NCBI GenBank assembly: GCA_963836185.1
Contig: CAWIIQ010000003.1
Span: 352,001 to 416,000 of the forward strand
DNA length: 64,000 nt
DNA from: Candidatus Krumholzibacteriia bacterium
GTDB taxonomy: Bacteria > Krumholzibacteriota > Krumholzibacteriia > Krumholzibacteriales > Krumholzibacteriaceae
Reading direction: 5' to 3'
This document shows positions 29,475 through 38,883 of the stretch, piece after piece; the first letter of the stretch is position 1; every line of letters starts with the position of its first letter. The notes beneath the pieces were generated by a model, which was not told where the DNA came from, made no database searches, and saw nothing but the letters and a program-made list of their open reading frames with translations. Position numbers and translations under genes: made by a program.

Positions 29475-31769
29475 CTACCTCAGAAGCACGAGCTTGCTGC
29501 TCTTCTCGACACCGTCGGCCCTGAACCTGTAAAAGTAGACCCCGCTCGAAACCCTTCCTCCGCCGTCCTTTACCCCGTTCCATACGATCTGGTGAGTGCC
29601 GCCGTGCATGAACCTGTCGCGGACGAGGTGTCTTACCACGCGGCCCGCCGCGTCGTAGATCGTCAGGTCGACCTTTGTGTCCCTGGCGAGGTAGAACTCG
29701 ATCGTCGTCGCCGGGTTGAACGGGTTCGGGAAGCTTCCGACAAGCTTTGTCGGCGTCTCCGGAGTCGGCGGGTCGGCATCGACCGTATACTCAGGTATCC
29801 CGCAGAGGCGGATGTCCCTGCATGTCTGCCCTTCGGGAGTCTCCGCGACGATCTCGAGAAGATAGAGGCCGCCGGGGAACCCGGTAGTGTCCCAGTGGAA
29901 GGTGTCTACGATTCCACCGCCCACGAGGACGCCGCTGTCGATCTCGATCCATCCAGGATCTGCCTCGCCGGGGACAGCCATACGGCTGCCGCCCCCAGCC
30001 TCGGGCGGGGAGACCTTGATAAACTTCTTTATCACGGCGTTTCCTGACGCGCTGTCATCGACCTTGTAGCCCTCCAGGGTAGGCTTGCCGTTCGCGTCGC
30101 TGCCGACGTTGTACTCGTGCTGTTCGGTGCCCTCGCCGCCCCACGGGTCCATGAAGTCGAGCCTGTACGAGACTGCCGTTCCCATGACGACCCCGTTGTC
30201 GAATCCGTAGACGGTAGAGCCCTTCGAGCCGAGCGTCACGCAGTGCTGCACCTTTTTCCCGTTGGGAAGAGTGTTCTCGACGACCATCATCACATCCTCG
30301 CCGTCAGCCTCGAACTCGTCGAACATGTCACCGATATCGAGGTAGTGCTCTATATCGGTCTTTTCGACCGTCCATCCGGATTTGCCGTGCGACGTAAGAT
30401 AGCTCTTGATCCCGGAGACCATTCCGCCGGGCGTTGTCCCTCTCGAGGAGTTTGTTCCCATCGCGCCGCGTAGTTCCCTGGCCATCTGTTCGCCCGTCTG
30501 GTCCGGTTTGCTGGTATCGCCTCCTGGATTGTCGAGCTCCGGATGCCCGTTGTCCGCGAAATACTTCAGGCAACTCGCAGCCGAGGCCGGGCCGCAGGAC
30601 ATCGAATCGAGCCTCGTGGGGGCGCTGCTCAGGCCGAGCTGGTTGACGGGAGTCAGGGTCCTCTTGAAATCGACTCCAAACGGGAATACCTGGATCCTTG
30701 CCGGAGCAGGTGCGGGTAAATACTTGATCATTCTCGCAAGAAGGATTATAAGGCTGTCCATGGGGACCGCCTTGGCAGTGTCGGGATAGATATCCACGAA
30801 CTCGGGGAAGGGAGGAAACGAATAGATCCTCACCGGGGGAGATATCCCGGTCACCGGGCCGTTATGCGCCGTGTTCGCGGTAGCCTGGAACTCGTAATAG
30901 CCGCCATCTTCCGGAAAGGACCACCTGTCGAGATAAACGGACCAGCCGTCCCCTGTTCCAGCGTCCTCTATCGTGGACCAGCTTTCGGCGCTTCCGTCAG
31001 TGTCTATTCCGATAGGGATCCATGGATCGGGGCTGCCCTCTTCGCGATAGCTGAATTCTACCTCTATGACCTCGTACGGTCCCGATACCTCGGCTTGTAT
31101 CCTGTAGATATTCTCGTCGTAGCGGTTCGGCTCCAGTATGTCAGAGCCCTTCATCTGGTCGACGATCAGATGAGTCTCCGGCGGGTAAAGGCCCGAGTAG
31201 CAGACCGAAGCGCCTGTGCCGAGGGCCAGCGGAGTGTCCATCAAATTGTTAAACCAGACTTCGTTCGGATCGGCTGAATTGGGAGCAAGGCGTCCGTTCC
31301 CGATAAAAGCGTCCTCATCCGCATCGCCGTCAAGGTCGCCAACCGCTAATCCCTGCTGGTTCTTGAGTATTTCACCCGGAAGGATGCCGGGCAGCTCGAC
31401 CTGGGCGACGACCTCTACCGTGAATATGGCCGGATACGGGATTCCCGGATCGACGCTTCTCACAAGGCCATGTGAAGGGATGCCGACCTGGTGTGTCATC
31501 GTGATGCCATCACCGCGAAGATCGATCGCCATTATCTCGACGAGCTGTTCTATATGACCGTCAGGCGCTACAACCGGATCGGACCAGCTGACGTCCCATG
31601 TCCCGGACAGCTCGAAGGTCTCGAACCCGTGTCCGTAGATATCGAATTCGTATAAAGCGGTGACGTATACAGTCTCGTTGTTCACGTACTGGGCCGTCGA
31701 CTGGTGCGGCCAGACAAACAAAAACGCCGCTGCAAGAGCGACGATCACAAGACACCTGCGGTTCTTCAA
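29475..31769 (-). CDS. Secreted multidomain protein with papain/C39-like peptidase domain and FlgD-Ig/T9SS-type CTD
   Basis: Signal peptide, NQ...SCGPASAASCL...HCVTL...MDPW triad pattern, FPNPFNP...SGVYF...KLVLLR. Confidence 0.7.
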   Translation of the reverse strand: MKNRRCLVIVALAAAFLFVWPHQSTAQYVNNETVYVTALYEFDIYGHGFETFELSGTWDVSWSDPVVAPDGHIEQLVEIMAIDLRGDGITMTHQVGIPSHGLVRSVDPGIPYPAIFTVEVVAQVELPGILPGEILKNQQGLAVGDLDGDADEDAFIGNGRLAPNSADPNEVWFNNLMDTPLALGTGASVCYSGLYPPETHLIVDQMKGSDILEPNRYDENIYRIQAEVSGPYEVIEVEFSYREEGSPDPWIPIGIDTDGSAESWSTIEDAGTGDGWSVYLDRWSFPEDGGYYEFQATANTAHNGPVTGISPPVRIYSFPPFPEFVDIYPDTAKAVPMDSLIILLARMIKYLPAPAPARIQVFPFGVDFKRTLTPVNQLGLSSAPTRLDSMSCGPASAASCLKYFADNGHPELDNPGGDTSKPDQTGEQMARELRGAMGTNSSRGTTPGGMVSGIKSYLTSHGKSGWTVEKTDIEHYLDIGDMFDEFEADGEDVMMVVENTLPNGKKVQHCVTLGSKGSTVYGFDNGVVMGTAVSYRLDFMDPWGGEGTEQHEYNVGSDANGKPTLEGYKVDDSASGNAVIKKFIKVSPPEAGGGSRMAVPGEADPGWIEIDSGVLVGGGIVDTFHWDTTGFPGGLYLLEIVAETPEGQTCRDIRLCGIPEYTVDADPPTPETPTKLVGSFPNPFNPATTIEFYLARDTKVDLTIYDAAGRVVRHLVRDRFMHGGTHQIVWNGVKDGGGRVSSGVYFYRFRADGVEKSSKLVLLR

Positions 31770-31963
31770 GGGGCCCTCCTCCCGGCGAGAGACGTAGACA
31801 TCAATGGTGAACAGAGGCGGCGCTCAGAATTTCCCCGAGTGTCAGTATATATTTTTTCGAAACCCTGAAGGCCGCCGGACATCCCTGTAATTTGCAAGAT
31901 CCATTATACCATAAACTTACAGGATGATTCAAGGAGAGTATGCCGGAGTCTTATGATCAGGGA

Positions 31964-33935
31964 TCACTTGGGCGCGAAGACCTGGATGCGGTTGTTCGCC
32001 GTGTCGGCTATGTAGACCCAGCCCTCAGGCGAGACGGCCACGCCTCCCGGCCTGGTCGAACTCGCCCGGCCCGTCACCGGATGAGCCGATGCTCGATATG
32101 ATGTTTCCCGAGGGGTCGAGTTTGTCGAGGATGTCGAGGTCGTAGTCGAGGACAAAGATATTTCCCGCGCTGTCGATGGCGAGATCCGTCACGCAGAGAT
32201 CGGGCCCGAGTGTGGCGATCAGCTGTCCCGTCCTGTCTGTCCGGGTGACTCCGCCCGACCTGCACCCTGCCGTGTAGATATCAGACGCCGCGTCGAATGC
32301 CGCCCCGCGCGCGAGCACAGAAGAGAACCGTCCGATAAAGCTGCCGTCGATCGTGTATATCGAGAAGCTGCTTGTGCCGCTGTCGCAGACCGCGACCAGG
32401 CTGTCGGGGCCGGCGGCTATCCCTTCGAGCTGGACGAACTGGCCGTCGGCCGTTCCCTCGCTGCCCCATTCGCCGAGAAAAGCGCCGTCCGCGGTGAATC
32501 TCTGCACCCTGTGGTTCCCCGAGTCGGAGACGAGCACGCTTCCATCCGAAGCGACGGCGATTCCGGACGGGAAGATGAACATCCCCGCGGAGGATCCGTA
32601 CGATCCCCACTCGCCGCTATATTCGCCGAGCTCGTCGAAAACGACGACCCTGTGGTTGTTCTGGTCGGTCACGTACAGGTTTCCCTGTTGCCCGACCGCG
32701 ATCCCGCGCGGCTGGTCGAATCCGTCCCTGCCGGTGCCCGGGCCCCCCCATTCGCGCACGAAGATATAGTCGGCCGCCTCGTACGGACCCGAATCGAGGA
32801 CGACGCTGTCGGCGAGCGCCTCCGTCGTGAAGTCCGGCAGCTGCCGGTCGAGCATCCCGGCCGTGAACCGCCTCGTGATCGACAGGCCGCCGGTGAGGCT
32901 CCATTTCCATACGGGGAACTGCAGGATATCGCACTTCGCCCCGATCCAGGGTTCGATGCCGATGACTGCCATGTCGGCCGAATAGAACGAGACCCGCAGC
33001 TCCGTGCGGACCGTTAGCCTGATCGTACAGTCGCTCAGGGGTCCGACGTTCATCCCGGACAGTTCGAATTCCATGCCGTGCGCGTCTCCCGTCCCATCCC
33101 ACCTGCCCGAGTAATCGATGCCCGCGCTTATCATGCGGCTGCCCGAGTATCCCGCGTCACACGGTTCCGTGACGCTTCCCTCGATCACCGAGTCGAGAAA
33201 GATGTCGAGTTCGAGAGTCACCGGAACAGGCACATTTTCGATCTTCATCTTTGCCGGCTGGCTGAGCGATGCCACCCTCATCACCCCTGAATGACTGACC
33301 TCGGACGGCAATTCGGCGCGGATGGAGAGGTCGATCTCCAGCTCTCCCTCGAGTGAGACGCCGAACCGGGTGACCTTTCGCCCGTTGATCGCGATGCCTA
33401 TGTCGACGGCGGGAGAGAAGACGATGCTGCCTCTCTCGATCGAGACTACCGGAGAGCCTTCTTCCTCTCCTCCATAGAGGATTATCCCGTCGAGGCTGAT
33501 GCCCGCCCGGGAAGTCAGCGCCGCAGTCTCCATAGCGGCTGCCGAACCGGGGCCGATCGTGAACCTCCTGTCGTCGTACCCGTTGACGACTGCGTCCACG
33601 AGGAAACGGGGCTCGGCCTCTATCCTGATCAGCCTGCCGTCTTCCTCGATCACCCTCGCGCGGCGGATATATCCCCCCATCTCGCTGCCTACGAGAAGAG
33701 CGCCGCTGCTGACAGTCGCATTGCCGAGCCGCTCGAGTATGAGGGTGTCATCAGTGATGTCATAAAGCCTGAGCGCCGGATCGTCATCGACTACCACTAC
33801 ATCGTCCTTTATCCAGGGTCTCGGGTAATCGGGTGTCGAAGGGGAGATATCCTCTCCCGAACAACCGGCGAGGACAAGGGCCGCAAGAAGCAGGGGCTGC
33901 AGGAGGTGTATCACCGGCCTGTTCATATTCCCCAC
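31964..33935 (-). CDS. NHL-repeat (6-bladed propeller) lipoprotein (frameshift about 32055)
   Basis: Lipobox LAGC, repeated F..P.GIAV...YV.D..NHRVQ.F units. The last repeat continues in ORF 31964-32155 (VYIADTANNRIQVF). Confidence 0.8.
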
Positions 33936-35777
33936 CTCTCGAATATCACGTCAGCTATCGAGTCGGCCGACTCGTGACGGAAGTACCACAGAGGCAGCCC
34001 GAAGTGCGCGCTCGGAGCGGCGACGCCGCCCGGCGCGTCGGGAACGATGTCTTCATACCGGGTCACCCAGAAAGCCACCGTCTGCCCGTCAAGGACCGAC
34101 CGGTCCGAAGCGGCACGCATGCGATACATGGGATGGAAGCAGCTCCTCGACGAGGTGCCGATCCTCGATATCCAGTAGCCTGGGTCGTAGACCTCGACGT
34201 ATGTGAATCCTCCGGGAGAGCACAGGGAGTCGGTGCAGAAGAAGGACCCTTCGCCCGTGATCTCATCGCGGAGGGCTAGAGTCGCGGGAATGCCGGGGAA
34301 GTCGGCCGTGACCGGATCGTCATCGTCCCTTGCCGCGGACAGCAGCACGTCATGATGATCGAGGGACCGCCACGGCATGGAGTAGCCGGTCCGGAACTGC
34401 CCGCTGATCTTGTCTATCACCGTCACGCAGTAATCCCTGTAGGGGAGGCTCTCGAGCCCGCTGTTGTCGCTGCAACCTGAGGGACCGTTTATCTCGCAGC
34501 GGATGTCGAGCGGGAAGATACGGACATCATCCTGGACAACGGCGGCAAGGCCGCCTCCCTGGTCGGACCTTCCCGAAGTCCAGACATGCCCTCCCATCTG
34601 CAGGAAGAGCGAAATGATGTTCGGCGTTTCGTCGCGCGATGTGTTTATCGCTGATTCCGGGGGTGAACTCGACCACCCGGCTCCACCTGTTGTTTATCGC
34701 CGGGGCGTATATCCAGACGAGGTTCCTGTACCGTCCGACCAGTTCCAGCGAAGGGGCCCTGTACAACGAGTATGTGTCGAAGATGTCCCTTGTCTCGTCG
34801 AATCCCGCCGCCCTCGAGCAGATCGATGTCCAGAACTCATCATGTTCGCTCTCGGTGGGGGTGGAAAAGTCAGGCACCGGATATGATGAAGCGTAGTAGT
34901 CGTCTACGAGAAGCAGGTCCCTGTCCATCTCCCAGGGGACGATCTCGATCTTGATCTGCCCCCGTGTGATATTTCCGACGATATCCATCGCCTCGATCGT
35001 CAGGGTGTGCGTGCCCGCGAAGAAAGCGGCAGGTGTGTTTCTGGTGGCCTCCATCACGAAGGGCGCGTCCCATTCCTCGAGGGATGTGACGTCCCATCCA
35101 TACCTGTGGCCGACGAGCTCGCTGCTGTACTGGCTGGCATCGCCTTTCCAGTAGAACGAGAGGCTGACGCCCGGCGGCAGTTTCCTCTCCTCAGGCATGA
35201 ACGATGTTCCGATGAACATGAAATTCGCGAGGACGCGTTCGGCGATGAAAAGGGCCGGGCCGCGGCTGCGTGTCACGGTGAACATGCGCGCGTTCGTCTC
35301 ACGTTTGAATTCTTCCGTCAGGTTCCCCCCGGAGTCACGGCCCTGGACAAAGAACAGGTGTGTCCTTCCATATGTCAGTTCTCCGTCTTTTCCTATGACC
35401 GCCGTTCTTCCCGAGCCGTCGTCGGCGTTGTACGGGATCCAGTCGGACCAGAGGGAGTCGTATCTTTCGGGATTAGCGTTGATGTCGCTGACGAGATCGA
35501 AGGAGGTGTTGTAGTTTCCGTTGGTGTCTACGACCATCGTTGCGAAGTAGCGGATGTCGACGGGCGGCTGCTCCCCTGCAGAGGACCAGGAAAATCTCGT
35601 GATCTCGAGATACCTGACTGTGCCATTCTGGTATGGGGGCGATGTTATCGTGAGCGAAGGCGGAGCGATCGAATCCGGTTCGCCGGGGCCGGTCAGGACC
35701 GTATCGTCCCTGTCGCACCCCGCAGACACGAGGAGCGCCAGGATGACAAGAATGTACCGGGCCATTCTCTCAGGCAT
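33923..35777 (-). CDS. Uncharacterised lipoprotein, paralog of 23360-25654 (frameshift about 34660)
   Basis: Lipobox SAGC. Shares RDLL.VDD, PTESEHDEFW, GGH.WT, HPMYR and AAPS.HFG.PLW with the 23360 ORF. Confidence 0.7.
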
Positions 35778-35856
35778 CGTCGCTCGCTTTCGCAGGGGTG
35801 CAGTCAATATACATAACGGTGCCCGGCGGCGCCAGTACAGGCTGATCAGGACGCAT

Positions 35857-36696
35857 TCAGGTGATGAACCTTGCCAGTATCTCCTTGAGGATCTTCGCGC
35901 ATGTCATCGCCGTGATATCCCTCACATCGAGGGATGGATTGTACTCCACCATGTCAGCCCCGGCGAAGAGGGGAGCCTGTACCGACTGGATGAACGCGAT
36001 AGCCTCCCGTGTCGAAAGCCCGCCCGGCTCCGGGTGCGATACTCCCGGGGCGAATGCGGGATCGAGCACATCGACATCGAACGATATGTAGAGCGGTTCG
36101 TCGAAGCTGAGGGCCGCCGCCGCGCCGGGATCCCTCATCGTGACCATCTCCACTCCGAAGCGTGCGGCCTGCTCGAGCTGGTGGCCGTTCGCGGTGCGGA
36201 TACCGACCTGCACGAGACGTTTCGCCAGACCCTCTTCCATGATCCGCGCGAACGGGCAGGCGTGCGAGAGCCGGTCGCCCTCGAACCTGTCGTAGAGATC
36301 GGGGTGGGCGTCGAAGTGCAGGATAGAGACGGGGGCGATCCTCTCGACCAGGCCGGCGAAGGCCGGGTAGGTGACTGCGTGGTCGCCGCCGAGAAAAACG
36401 GGAGAGAACCCCTCGTCGATGACCTTCCGGGCCGCTTCGCTGATCAGTTCGAGCATCTCGTCCGGTCCGCTCAGAGGGCCGGGCTGGATATATCCCGAAT
36501 CATGAAAGGCGCCCTCGGCTCCGAGGTCGATCCCCGACTCGGTCCACATGTTTGATGATTCGCAGCGAAGTGCCTTCCTGATCCTGGCCGGGCCTTCGGC
36601 CGCTCCGCGCATGAATGACGAAGCCGCGTCGAACGGCAGGTCGATAAGGGAGGGCGGCATCTGTCTGTATTCCGTATCCTGTTCCATATCGGCCAT
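35857..36696 (-). CDS. speB: Agmatinase (ureohydrolase family)
   Basis: GGDHAVT, HFDAHPD, SHACPF, SFDVDVLDPAFAPG, EPGG. Confidence 0.88.
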   Translation of the reverse strand: MADMEQDTEYRQMPPSLIDLPFDAASSFMRGAAEGPARIRKALRCESSNMWTESGIDLGAEGAFHDSGYIQPGPLSGPDEMLELISEAARKVIDEGFSPVFLGGDHAVTYPAFAGLVERIAPVSILHFDAHPDLYDRFEGDRLSHACPFARIMEEGLAKRLVQVGIRTANGHQLEQAARFGVEMVTMRDPGAAAALSFDEPLYISFDVDVLDPAFAPGVSHPEPGGLSTREAIAFIQSVQAPLFAGADMVEYNPSLDVRDITAMTCAKILKEILARFIT

Positions 36697-36810
36697 ATCA
36701 TACTCCTCTCAGGCGCTCGATGCAACTTATTCCCGAAGGGTATTCACGGCTCGAATCATGCACAACCGACCGTATAGCAACAACAGTTATAAAAAATATT
36801 CATTTCCCCC

Positions 36811-36845
36811 TTGACAGTGTATACTGTTTAGTATATAGTATACAC
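36811..36845 (+). promoter_or_regulatory. Sigma70 promoter overlapped by an inverted-repeat operator
   Basis: TTGACA (36811)-17 bp-TATAGT (36834). Inverted repeat GTGTATACT-N11-AGTATACAC (36817-36845). Confidence 0.75.
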
Positions 36846-37202
36846 ATGATGAAGGTATTCGGAGATTACATAAGGAAGAGACGCGAGGAGCTCAGGGCCG
36901 CTGACAGGGAGTTCTCTGTCCGCAGGGTCGCTGCCAGGCTTGGCGTCCAGCCGTCATATCTCAGCAAGGTCGAGCGGGGAGAACAGGCGCCTCCGACAGA
37001 GGCGAAGATCACAGCGCTCGCGGAGATACTCGGCGAGGACACCGATGTCCTCCTTGCCCTGGCGGGCAAGGTATCGAGCGACCTTCGTGAAGTCATAGTG
37101 CGCCGCCCGCAGCTTTTCGCGCAACTCATACGCCAGCTCAAGGACATGCCCGACCACGCGGTGCTGCGAGTAGTACGCGAGGTCAGGGACGGCAGCTGGT
37201 AG
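36846..37202 (+). CDS. XRE-family helix-turn-helix transcriptional regulator
   Basis: FGDYIRKRRE...SVRRVAARLGVQPSYLSKVERG. Confidence 0.88.
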   Translation: MMKVFGDYIRKRREELRAADREFSVRRVAARLGVQPSYLSKVERGEQAPPTEAKITALAEILGEDTDVLLALAGKVSSDLREVIVRRPQLFAQLIRQLKDMPDHAVLRVVREVRDGSW

Positions 37203-37217
37203 GACAGGAGGGGAGTC

Positions 37218-38270
37218 ATGATAGAACTCAAGAATGACCATCTCGTATTCTCTTTTCCCGAGGTGCACCCGAAGGCGCGCCTCAGGATCGATTTCCAGCG
37301 GACGCTGCGGATCCCGGACGACGGAAAGGACTATTTCCTTCCCCCCGGCCTGGGGAGCTTCCCGTTGCGGCATGTCGACGACTATGCCGGCAGGGTCCCG
37401 TACGACTGGCTCGAGCATGGCGGCGTGATGCTGCCGATGCACCAGGCCGAGGCGATGTGGCTGAACTTCGATTCGGCGTACATACCAGAGCACGAGACCT
37501 CGTACCCGTTCGCCGTGAAGGTCGCGGCCGGGAAGATCGACGCCGTTACCGGCGAGAACTGGACGAACGGCCTCCACGGCCTCCCGCAGGACTACATGGT
37601 GGTGCCCGAGCAGCCCTGGCTCGACGGCTTCTGCGTCGAGAAGGGGACGATCAGGCAGTTCGTCGCCATGCCGCTCGGCGAGGGGTACACCGCCGAGGAG
37701 CAGATCTCGGGCAAAGCCGAGCACGGCGGCCTGCAGATCATCGTCTACCCGATGAAGCGCGAGGTCTTCGAGCGGAGGTTCCCGAAGGTCGAGCGCAGGC
37801 GGGACAGGGGAGACATCAGGTATTCAATGGGCCATATGGACAAGATGGTCATGTCCGTCGATGCCTGCGCGAGCCCCGATATGGGCCTCGCCCCCGGCGG
37901 CAGGATGAAGCAGGAGATCAGCGAGGACCCGTACGGGTACGAGGACTGGGACCGCGGGACCAGAAGCCGCTGCTTCGTCCATCTCGCCAACTCGATCATG
38001 TGGCGGGCGATCACCGGCGAGGCTCCGCCGACCGTCCCGCCGACGGCGAGGCAGTACACCTCGGCGGGCCTTCCCTGGTACGACTATTACGATGCCGACT
38101 CCGTGGCCCTCGAGGGATCGGAGATCCTCGACGACCTCAGGAGCGTCATTCAGATGGGGTACGAAAAAGGCGAATATCCCCTGCCTGAGAACGACCCGGC
38201 CCGGCCGAAGCGGGTGATCCGCCTGCGGAAGGGTCTTGCGAGGAATCAGGTGAGGGAGGGGGCCTTCTAG
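37218..38270 (+). CDS. Conserved hypothetical soluble protein
   Basis: 350 aa with strong RBS. Motifs FQRTLRIPDDG..Y.LPPGLG.FPL, QPWLDG, RQFVAMPLG.GY, Y..AGLPW. Confidence 0.75.
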   Translation: MIELKNDHLVFSFPEVHPKARLRIDFQRTLRIPDDGKDYFLPPGLGSFPLRHVDDYAGRVPYDWLEHGGVMLPMHQAEAMWLNFDSAYIPEHETSYPFAVKVAAGKIDAVTGENWTNGLHGLPQDYMVVPEQPWLDGFCVEKGTIRQFVAMPLGEGYTAEEQISGKAEHGGLQIIVYPMKREVFERRFPKVERRRDRGDIRYSMGHMDKMVMSVDACASPDMGLAPGGRMKQEISEDPYGYEDWDRGTRSRCFVHLANSIMWRAITGEAPPTVPPTARQYTSAGLPWYDYYDADSVALEGSEILDDLRSVIQMGYEKGEYPLPENDPARPKRVIRLRKGLARNQVREGAF

Positions 38271-38358
38271 GATCATCAGCGCCTTCTGAGCAGGGGCGCT
38301 TCGTGAAGCGGCGGTGGCTGCCGGCCGCGCGTGCATCGGAGGGGACGCGCGGCCGGCG

Positions 38359-38472
38359 CTACTCGTCGCTTTTTTTTGAGAAGTGCTTGTACAGCAGGTC
38401 GGTCATCCAGAAGGAGAAGGCGAAGACCGCCGCCGGCACGAGGATCCCGAATACGAGAGTTCCTGTGGTCAC
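38359..38472 (-). CDS. 37-aa single-TM microprotein (not in ORF track)
   Basis: GTG start overlapping the upstream TGA. MTTGTLVFGILVPAAVFAFSFWMTDLLYKHFSKKSDE. Confidence 0.55.
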   Translation of the reverse strand: MTTGTLVFGILVPAAVFAFSFWMTDLLYKHFSKKSDE

Positions 38473-38588
38473 TGCGTCTTCCCCTTCCCGTGATGTTTCC
38501 TGTACGAGTGCCACGCGAGGATCAGGCCCGCGAAAGAGGTCACGTACGCGAGCGACATCCCGATCACCATCTTCAGTTCATTGCCCAT
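38469..38588 (-). CDS. 39-aa single-TM microprotein (not in ORF track)
   Basis: GGAGG RBS 9 nt upstream. MGNELKMVIGMSLAYVTSFAGLILAWHSYRKHHGKGKTQ. Confidence 0.6.
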   Translation of the reverse strand: MGNELKMVIGMSLAYVTSFAGLILAWHSYRKHHGKGKTQ

Positions 38589-38592
38589 ACGA

Positions 38593-38883
38593 TCAGTCCT
38601 CCCACTTGACCTTTCTCTCGAGTTCCTCGATATATCCTTTTTGCTTCTTCTCGTACCCCTCTGATATCGCGGAGAGCTTGGGATTGATGACTTTTATCAT
38701 GATGACGAAGAGCACAGCCGCGGCAGCGAGCAGGATGAACCCCATCGGAATCAGCAGCATGGCGAGCGAGGATCCGACGAGTATCAGCACGTAGATGATC
38801 GGCGAGATTATCACCGCCAGCGTGTCGTGTATCGTCCATTCATCAGCCTCGGCGGGCGTCCAGTCCTTCCTGAAGAGGTTCAT
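38593..38883 (-). CDS. 96-aa two-TM membrane protein
   Basis: ATGA overlap with the symporter stop, GGAGG RBS. MNLFRKDWTPAEADEW...hydrophobic hairpin...KVKWED. Confidence 0.7.
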   Translation of the reverse strand: MNLFRKDWTPAEADEWTIHDTLAVIISPIIYVLILVGSSLAMLLIPMGFILLAAAAVLFVIMIKVINPKLSAISEGYEKKQKGYIEELERKVKWED

